Shown: positions 56,967-64,000 of the stretch, piece by piece | Position numbering within the stretch: position 1 is the stretch's first letter | How the letters are laid out: every line of letters starts with the position of its first letter | Origin: Escherichia coli | GTDB lineage: Bacteria; Pseudomonadota; Gammaproteobacteria; Enterobacterales; Enterobacteriaceae | Assembly (NCBI RefSeq): GCF_024502345.1 | Contig: NZ_JALDNN010000001.1 | Direction: 5' to 3' (one strand) | Length of the DNA: 64,000 nucleotides | Notes under the pieces: generated by a model | Database searches by the model: none | The model's input: the letters and a program-made list of their open reading frames with translations, nothing else | What the model was told of the DNA's origin: nothing | Translations under genes and position numbers: made by a program

Positions 56967-57359
56967 ATGAAAAAATTCGCAGCAGTAATCGCAGTAATGG
57001 CCCTGTGCAGCGCACCGGTGATGGCAGCAGAGCAGGGCGGTTTTTCTGGCCCATCGGCAACGCAAAGTCAGGCCGGAGGATTCCAGGGGCCGAACGGCAG
57101 CGTAACGACTGTAGAAAGCGCAAAATCCCTGCGTGACGACACCTGGGTAACCCTGCGCGGCAATATCGTTGAACGCATCTCTGACGATCTCTACGTGTTC
57201 AAAGATGCCAGCGGTACTATCAATGTTGATATCGATCACAAACGCTGGAACGGCGTGACGGTGACGCCGAAAGATACGGTTGAGATTCAGGGTGAAGTCG
57301 ATAAAGACTGGAATTCTGTTGAAATTGACGTCAAACAGATCCGCAAAGTAAATCCGTAA
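56967..57359 (+). CDS. ygiW: OB-fold periplasmic protein YgiW (VisP)
   Basis: ATG at 56967; signal peptide MKKFAAVIAVMALCSAPVMA; 130 aa. Confidence 0.92.
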   Translation: MKKFAAVIAVMALCSAPVMAAEQGGFSGPSATQSQAGGFQGPNGSVTTVESAKSLRDDTWVTLRGNIVERISDDLYVFKDASGTINVDIDHKRWNGVTVTPKDTVEIQGEVDKDWNSVEIDVKQIRKVNP

Positions 57360-57411
57360 TTGTTACCGCTCCCGGGACGCGTTCCCGGGAATAATTTCGC
57401 AGGGAGGCAAA

Positions 57412-57894
57412 ATGACAAACCTGACACTGGATGTAAACATTATCGATTTCCCATCAATCCCTGTGGCGATGTTGCCGCACCGCTGTAGCCCTGAGTTGCT
57501 CAACTACAGTGTGGCGAAATTTATCATGTGGCGTAAAGAGACGGGGCTTTCTCCTGTTAACCAAAGCCAGACTTTTGGCGTCGCCTGGGACGACCCTGCC
57601 ACCACCGCACCGGAAGCGTTTCGCTTTGATATCTGCGGCAGCGTTAGCGAACCGATTCCCGATAATCGTTATGGTGTGAGCAATGGTGAACTTACCGGTG
57701 GACGTTATGCCGTGGCCCGCCACGTTGGCGAGCTGGACGATATTTCACACACGATATGGGGCATTATTCGCCACTGGCTGCCTGCAAGCGGCGAGAAAAT
57801 GCGTAAAGCACCGATTCTGTTTCACTACACCAATCTTGCCGAAGGGGTGACAGAGCAGCGACTGGAAACGGATGTTTATGTGCCGTTGGCGTGA
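57412..57894 (+). CDS. ygiV: GyrI-like transcriptional repressor YgiV
   Basis: 160 aa. Confidence 0.92.
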   Translation: MTNLTLDVNIIDFPSIPVAMLPHRCSPELLNYSVAKFIMWRKETGLSPVNQSQTFGVAWDDPATTAPEAFRFDICGSVSEPIPDNRYGVSNGELTGGRYAVARHVGELDDISHTIWGIIRHWLPASGEKMRKAPILFHYTNLAEGVTEQRLETDVYVPLA

Positions 57895-58439
57895 TGGGGA
57901 ATCTTTACCGGAGTGTGAGCCAAATCACTCGCGATAAGTTTGAGCGAACAATGCCACAGGCGTATTGTTGTTGGGCTTATAATTTCTCCGGTAAGGAATA
58001 CCATGTATACGCGAAATTTATTATCCGGTGCGCCGTAAGCCGTCTCGGGGGTATCCATGAGCAAGCCGCACTTATGGCAGGAGGCGCGGGGCACTGGTGG
58101 AGACACAGCTAAACTGGGCTGAACCGTATACTTACAGTCGACTACTTTGATGCTTTAGGCTTCCCTGGACTCGCATAACCTCAACTTCTCGAATCGCCCG
58201 GAGCGGACCCCCATGCCGAGTGGTGTGGCATGGGCGCAACCTTGTGCTGCCCTCTATGCCGATCAAGTCTACAGCAAAGAGTTGTATATCAAGGCACATT
58301 GATGCCTTTATCGCCGTCGGAGCACGTCCGGCGGCGCTATTCACGCTGATCTCCTGTGACTCGACGCGGCAGATAATGTAGTATCTCCGGCAATATTGCC
58401 CCTTTGAAGGCTGGCGAATAAGTTGAGGAATCAGAATTA

Positions 58440-60698
58440 ATGAGCGATATGGCAGAGCGCCTTGCGCTACATGAATTTACGGAAAACGCCTACTTAAACT
58501 ACTCCATGTACGTGATCATGGACCGTGCGTTGCCGTTTATTGGCGATGGTCTTAAACCTGTTCAGCGCCGCATTGTGTATGCGATGTCTGAACTGGGCCT
58601 GAATGCCAGCGCCAAATTTAAAAAATCGGCCCGTACCGTCGGTGACGTACTGGGTAAATACCATCCGCACGGCGATAGCGCCTGTTATGAAGCGATGGTC
58701 CTGATGGCGCAGCCGTTCTCTTACCGTTATCCGCTGGTTGATGGTCAGGGGAACTGGGGCGCGCCGGACGATCCGAAATCGTTCGCGGCAATGCGTTACA
58801 CCGAATCCCGGTTGTCGAAATATTCCGAGCTGCTATTGAGCGAGCTGGGGCAGGGGACGGCTGACTGGGTGCCAAACTTCGACGGCACTTTGCAGGAGCC
58901 GAAAATGCTACCCGCCCGTCTGCCAAACATTTTGCTTAACGGCACCACCGGTATTGCCGTCGGCATGGCGACCGATATTCCACCGCATAACCTGCGTGAA
59001 GTGGCTCAGGCGGCAATCGCATTAATCGACCAGCCGAAAACCACGCTCGATCAGCTGCTGGATATCGTGCAGGGGCCGGATTATCCGACTGAAGCGGAAA
59101 TTATCACTTCGCGCGCCGAGATCCGTAAAATCTACGAGAACGGACGTGGTTCAGTGCGTATGCGCGCGGTGTGGAAGAAAGAAGATGGCGCGGTGGTTAT
59201 CAGCGCATTGCCGCATCAGGTTTCAGGTGCGCGCGTACTGGAGCAAATTGCTGCGCAAATGCGCAACAAAAAGCTGCCGATGGTTGACGATCTGCGCGAT
59301 GAATCTGACCACGAGAACCCGACCCGTCTGGTGATTGTGCCGCGTTCCAACCGCGTGGATATGGATCAGGTGATGAACCACCTCTTCGCTACCACCGATC
59401 TGGAAAAGAGCTATCGCATTAACCTCAATATGATCGGTCTGGATGGTCGTCCGGCGGTGAAAAACCTGCTGGAAATCCTCTCCGAATGGCTGGTGTTCCG
59501 TCGCGATACCGTGCGCCGCCGACTGAACTATCGTCTGGAGAAAGTCCTCAAGCGCCTGCATATCCTGGAAGGTTTGCTGGTGGCGTTTCTCAACATCGAC
59601 GAAGTGATTGAGATCATTCGTAACGAAGATGAACCGAAACCGGCGCTGATGTCGCGGTTTGGCCTTACGGAAACCCAGGCGGAAGCGATCCTCGAACTGA
59701 AACTGCGTCATCTTGCCAAACTGGAAGATATGAAGATTCGCGGTGAGCAGAGTGAGCTGGAAAAAGAGCGCGACCAGTTGCAGGGCATTTTGGCTTCCGA
59801 GCGTAAAATGAATAACCTGCTGAAGAAAGAACTGCAGGCAGACGCGCAAGCCTACGGTGACGATCGTCGTTCGCCGTTGCAGGAACGCGAAGAAGCGAAA
59901 GCGATGAGCGAGCACGACATGCTGCCGTCTGAACCTGTCACCATTGTGCTGTCGCAGATGGGCTGGGTACGCAGCGCTAAAGGCCATGATATCGACGCGC
60001 CGGGCCTGAATTATAAAGCGGGTGATAGCTTCAAAGCGGCGGTGAAAGGTAAGAGCAACCAACCGGTAGTGTTTGTTGATTCCACCGGTCGTAGCTATGC
60101 CATCGACCCGATTACGCTGCCGTCGGCGCGTGGTCAGGGCGAACCACTCACCGGCAAATTAACGTTGCCGCCTGGGGCGACCGTTGACCATATGCTGATG
60201 GAAAGCGACGATCAGAAACTGCTGATGGCTTCCGATGCGGGTTACGGTTTCGTCTGCACCTTTAACGATCTGGTGGCGCGTAACCGTGCAGGTAAGGCTT
60301 TGATCACCTTACCGGAAAATGCCCATGTTATGCCGCCGGTGGTGATTGAAGATGCTTCCGATATGCTGCTGGCAATCACTCAGGCAGGCCGTATGTTGAT
60401 GTTCCCGGTAAGTGATCTGCCGCAGCTGTCGAAGGGCAAAGGCAACAAGATTATCAACATTCCATCGGCAGAAGCCGCGCGTGGAGAAGATGGTCTGGCG
60501 CAATTGTACGTTCTGCCGCCGCAAAGCACGCTGACCATTCATGTTGGGAAACGCAAAATTAAACTGCGCCCGGAAGAGTTACAGAAAGTCACTGGCGAAC
60601 GTGGACGCCGCGGTACGTTGATGCGCGGTTTGCAGCGTATCGATCGTGTTGAGATCGACTCTCCTCGCCGTGCCAGCAGCGGTGATAGCGAAGAGTAA
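58440..60698 (+). CDS. parC: DNA topoisomerase IV subunit A ParC
   Basis: 752 aa. Confidence 0.98.
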
Positions 60699-60930
60699 TA
60701 TGCCGGGGAGGGCCTGTTTCCTCCCGCTTGCAAGGAACGCCGGATGAAACGTTAAGTCGTCATCCGGCAGCGTATTCAACCCCCGGAAACGATAAAAATT
60801 CCCTTGAAACCGTTGTTTATTCATGCGTTGCGATTAACAATACGCTTTTCCAGAGAGCGGCTTTTAACAATGCCCTAACCTGATTTCAGGTGACGTACAA
60901 TGCCAGTCTCTCAGACCTTCAGAGGGTGTT

Positions 60931-61668
60931 ATGCTATATATCTTTCGTCTTATTATTACCGTGATTTACAGCATCTTAGTCTGTGTATTCGGCTCCATTT
61001 ACTGCCTTTTCAGCCCGCGTAACCCGAAACATGTGGCCACCTTTGGGCATATGTTTGGCCGTCTTGCGCCGCTGTTCGGCCTGAAAGTTGAGTGCCGCAA
61101 ACCTGCAGATGCTGAAAGCTACGGCAATGCTATCTATATCGCTAACCACCAGAACAACTATGACATGGTGACAGCATCGAACATTGTGCAACCGCCGACG
61201 GTGACGGTAGGTAAAAAGAGCTTGCTGTGGATCCCCTTCTTCGGGCAGTTGTACTGGTTAACCGGCAACTTATTGATCGACAGAAACAATCGCACTAAAG
61301 CTCACGGCACCATTGCGGAAGTCGTGAATCATTTCAAAAAACGCCGTATTTCCATCTGGATGTTCCCGGAAGGAACCCGCAGCCGTGGTCGCGGCCTGCT
61401 ACCGTTCAAGACTGGAGCATTTCACGCGGCAATTGCGGCGGGCGTCCCGATTATTCCCGTGTGCGTCTCTACAACTTCGAATAAGATTAATCTTAATCGA
61501 CTGCACAACGGTCTGGTGATTGTCGAAATGCTGCCGCCAATTGACGTCAGTCAGTATGGCAAAGATCAGGTTCGTGAGCTGGCTGCCCATTGTCGTTCGA
61601 TAATGGAACAAAAAATCGCCGAGCTCGATAAAGAAGTCGCAGAACGCGAAGCCGCCGGAAAAGTTTAA
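60931..61668 (+). CDS. plsC: 1-acyl-sn-glycerol-3-phosphate acyltransferase PlsC
   Basis: 245 aa. Confidence 0.96.
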   Translation: MLYIFRLIITVIYSILVCVFGSIYCLFSPRNPKHVATFGHMFGRLAPLFGLKVECRKPADAESYGNAIYIANHQNNYDMVTASNIVQPPTVTVGKKSLLWIPFFGQLYWLTGNLLIDRNNRTKAHGTIAEVVNHFKKRRISIWMFPEGTRSRGRGLLPFKTGAFHAAIAAGVPIIPVCVSTTSNKINLNRLHNGLVIVEMLPPIDVSQYGKDQVRELAAHCRSIMEQKIAELDKEVAEREAAGKV

Positions 61669-61742
61669 GTCGGCAATCTGTATTTTTGCGGGGAACACTT
61701 TCCTGCACGGTATTACTTTAGCCAGTTTTACATGGAGCAAAT

Positions 61743-63155
61743 ATGTCACTCAGTCGGCGTCAGTTCATTCAGGCATCGGGGATTGCACTTTGTGCAGGCG
61801 CTGTTCCCCTGAAGGCCAGCGCAGCCGGGCAACAGCAACCGCTACCCGTTCCGCCGCTACTTGAATCTCGCCGTGGGCAACCGCTGTTTATGACTGTACA
61901 ACGTGCGCACTGGTCATTTACGCCAGGGACACGCGCGTCGGTCTGGGGAATCAATGGTCGTTACCTGGGGCCGACTATCCGCGTCTGGAAGGGCGACGAT
62001 GTTAAGCTTATTTACAGCAACCGCCTGACAGAAAATGTCTCAATGACGGTGGCCGGGCTACAGGTACCAGGCCCGCTGATGGGCGGTCCGGCACGGATGA
62101 TGTCGCCAAACGCTGACTGGGCACCCGTACTGCCTATTCGCCAGAACGCAGCTACTCTGTGGTATCACGCCAATACTCCCAACCGCACGGCTCAGCAGGT
62201 CTATAACGGCCTTGCCGGAATGTGGCTGGTGGAAGATGAAGTCAGCAAGTCGCTGCCTATCCCCAACCATTATGGTGTGGATGATTTTCCGGTCATTATC
62301 CAGGATAAACGGCTGGATAACTTTGGTACGCCAGAATACAACGAACCGGGAAGCGGCGGCTTTGTTGGTGATACGCTGCTGGTTAACGGTGTACAAAGCC
62401 CGTACGTTGAAGTCTCGCGTGGCTGGGTGCGCTTGCGACTGCTGAACGCGTCGAACTCTCGTCGCTATCAACTACAGATGAGCGATGGTCGCCCGTTACA
62501 TGTGATTTCTGGCGATCAGGGATTCCTGCCTGCTCCTGTATCGGTGAAGCAACTTTCGCTGGCACCGGGCGAGCGCCGCGAGATTCTGGTGGATATGAGC
62601 AACGGCGATGAAGTGTCGATCACCTGTGGCGAAGCGGCGAGCATTGTTGATCGTATTCGCGGCTTCTTTGAGCCATCCAGTATTCTGGTTTCTACCCTGG
62701 TGCTAACGCTGCGCCCAACCGGCCTTCTGCCGCTGGTCACAGACAGTCTTCCGATGCGCTTGCTGCCAACTGAAATCATGGCTGGTTCGCCAATTCGCAG
62801 TCGCGATATCAGTCTGGGTGATGACCCGGGTATTAATGGACAGCTGTGGGACGTCAACCGTATTGATGTCACCGCTCAGCAAGGAACGTGGGAACGCTGG
62901 ACGGTACGCGCGGACGAGCCGCAAGCGTTCCATATTGAAGGCGTAATGTTCCAGATCCGTAACGTGAATGGCGCGATGCCGTTCCCGGAAGACAGAGGCT
63001 GGAAAGATACCGTTTGGGTTGACGGACAAGTGGAGCTGCTTGTTTATTTCGGTCAGCCTTCCTGGGCGCACTTCCCGTTCTACTTCAACAGTCAGACGCT
63101 GGAAATGGCGGACCGTGGCTCGATTGGGCAACTGTTGGTCAATCCGGTACCGTAA
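61743..63155 (+). CDS. ftsP: cell division protein FtsP (SufI), Tat-exported multicopper oxidase-like
   Basis: 470 aa, twin-arginine signal SRRQFIQ. Confidence 0.96.
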   Translation: MSLSRRQFIQASGIALCAGAVPLKASAAGQQQPLPVPPLLESRRGQPLFMTVQRAHWSFTPGTRASVWGINGRYLGPTIRVWKGDDVKLIYSNRLTENVSMTVAGLQVPGPLMGGPARMMSPNADWAPVLPIRQNAATLWYHANTPNRTAQQVYNGLAGMWLVEDEVSKSLPIPNHYGVDDFPVIIQDKRLDNFGTPEYNEPGSGGFVGDTLLVNGVQSPYVEVSRGWVRLRLLNASNSRRYQLQMSDGRPLHVISGDQGFLPAPVSVKQLSLAPGERREILVDMSNGDEVSITCGEAASIVDRIRGFFEPSSILVSTLVLTLRPTGLLPLVTDSLPMRLLPTEIMAGSPIRSRDISLGDDPGINGQLWDVNRIDVTAQQGTWERWTVRADEPQAFHIEGVMFQIRNVNGAMPFPEDRGWKDTVWVDGQVELLVYFGQPSWAHFPFYFNSQTLEMADRGSIGQLLVNPVP

Positions 63156-63205
63156 TGGACCAATTCATCGCCCCACAAAGTGGTGGGGCGATACAAGGAT
63201 GAATC

Positions 63206-64000
63206 ATGGATGGCATGGGATGGATGATTATTTTGGTACTTCCCTTTCTTTGGATGGGGTATGGACTGGCGTTGTTAATCATAATGGGGTGCGCTTTTGA
63301 ATCTAAGGGGATTCGTCGCGTTCTGCTATGGGGTGTTGCACCCCAGTTTATTATTCTTTGTATTACGACCTTATTGCTTTACTGGATTAACTCTCGGTTA
63401 ATTTATGTTTTTGTCTTTTTTCAGCCAGTTTTATGCATCACCACGGCAATTTTTTTGTTTGCTGGTAAAAAAACACAATATTCCAGATTGCTGTTTACTC
63501 TGTCTCATGTGATTTTTCTCGCTGGAGTTTTATATCAGGGGTATAGGGAAAATCTGCAATACATAATTAATAATGACTGGAAGGAATATAAAATAACGCG
63601 TTTATTTGAGCAAGTGCAGGACAATGGGGCGCATGCGCTGAAAAACGATGTAACTTGTTCAGAATTAATGCAACTACTTACACTGGCAGCGGAACGTGAT
63701 GACGTCAAAGAAGAGACGTTACGTACTCTTATTGCAAAGAGAGTATCGCCATTTCTGACAATGTCAGATAATTGTACGGGTGAGAATTCAGTAGAGATTT
63801 ATTCTGTATATACTACGCCTTTTATGGCGGCTATTCAAAATCATAATATACATTCTGTCCGTTTTTTTAGTCAATTGCTTATGGGAAACTCACCAAAAGC
63901 AAAAAATAATCGTGACATTGTGCGCCGGGCAAACCCTTTGATCGAAGTGTATAAATATAGTCATGGTTCAAAAAAACAACGTAAATCAGGGTTAGAAATA
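63206..64000 (+). CDS. AT-rich hypothetical membrane protein, 3'-partial (runs off window end)
   Basis: ATG at 63206; 265 codons without stop, translated by hand; not in ORF track because no stop in window; 3-4 N-terminal hydrophobic segments. Confidence 0.6.
   Translation, partial: MDGMGWMIILVLPFLWMGYGLALLIIMGCAFESKGIRRVLLWGVAPQFIILCITTLLLYWINSRLIYVFVFFQPVLCITTAIFLFAGKKTQYSRLLFTLSHVIFLAGVLYQGYRENLQYIINNDWKEYKITRLFEQVQDNGAHALKNDVTCSELMQLLTLAAERDDVKEETLRTLIAKRVSPFLTMSDNCTGENSVEIYSVYTTPFMAAIQNHNIHSVRFFSQLLMGNSPKAKNNRDIVRRANPLIEVYKYSHGSKKQRKSGLEI

Noticed and set aside
57891-58344. ORFs 57891..58112(+), 58132..58344(-), 57876..58106(-) in the ygiV–parC spacer
   Set aside because: Short, no RBS, low-complexity (Gly/Ala/Arg-rich); treated as non-coding spacer.

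Overview
Escherichia coli chromosomal segment (gene content matches the K-12 parC–ebgC region, here in reverse orientation): ebgCAR, ygjH, patA, aer, yqjI, yqjH, [island], tRNA-Ile(CAU) ileX, mug, rpoD-dnaG-rpsU, tsaD, ttdTBA/ttdR, plsY, folB, uppP, cca, ygiM, ygiF, glnE, hldE, sibD/ibsD + sibE/ibsE, yqiK, yqiJ, glgS, ubiK, FMN riboswitch-ribB, zupT, ygiD, ygiC, ygiB, tolC, nudF, yqiB, cpdA, yqiA, parE, ygiN, mdaB, ygiZ, qseCB, ygiW, ygiV, parC, plsC, ftsP. All gene identities are from reading the supplied translations against remembered protein sequences; no database search was run. The main accessory region is a ~7 kb AT-rich, decayed integrative island at ileX (about 10.6–17.6 kb), bounded by a displaced tRNA 3' fragment and the intact tRNA. 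It carries a truncated P4-type integrase, a 26-bp perfect palindrome, an uncharacterised 2-TM protein, a Rep-like fragment abutting an IS5, a translationally coupled lipoprotein/secreted-protein pair, and a 277-aa gene split by IS3. These uncharacterised island genes are the best candidates for an undescribed function, but I cannot assign them to any known family. A second accessory-looking feature is an AT-rich partial ORF after ftsP (63206 to window end). Relative to K-12 as I remember it, the ygiS-mqsRA block (ygiV–parC spacer) and the yqi fimbrial cluster (glgS–ubiK spacer) appear absent. No CRISPR array or rRNA was seen.
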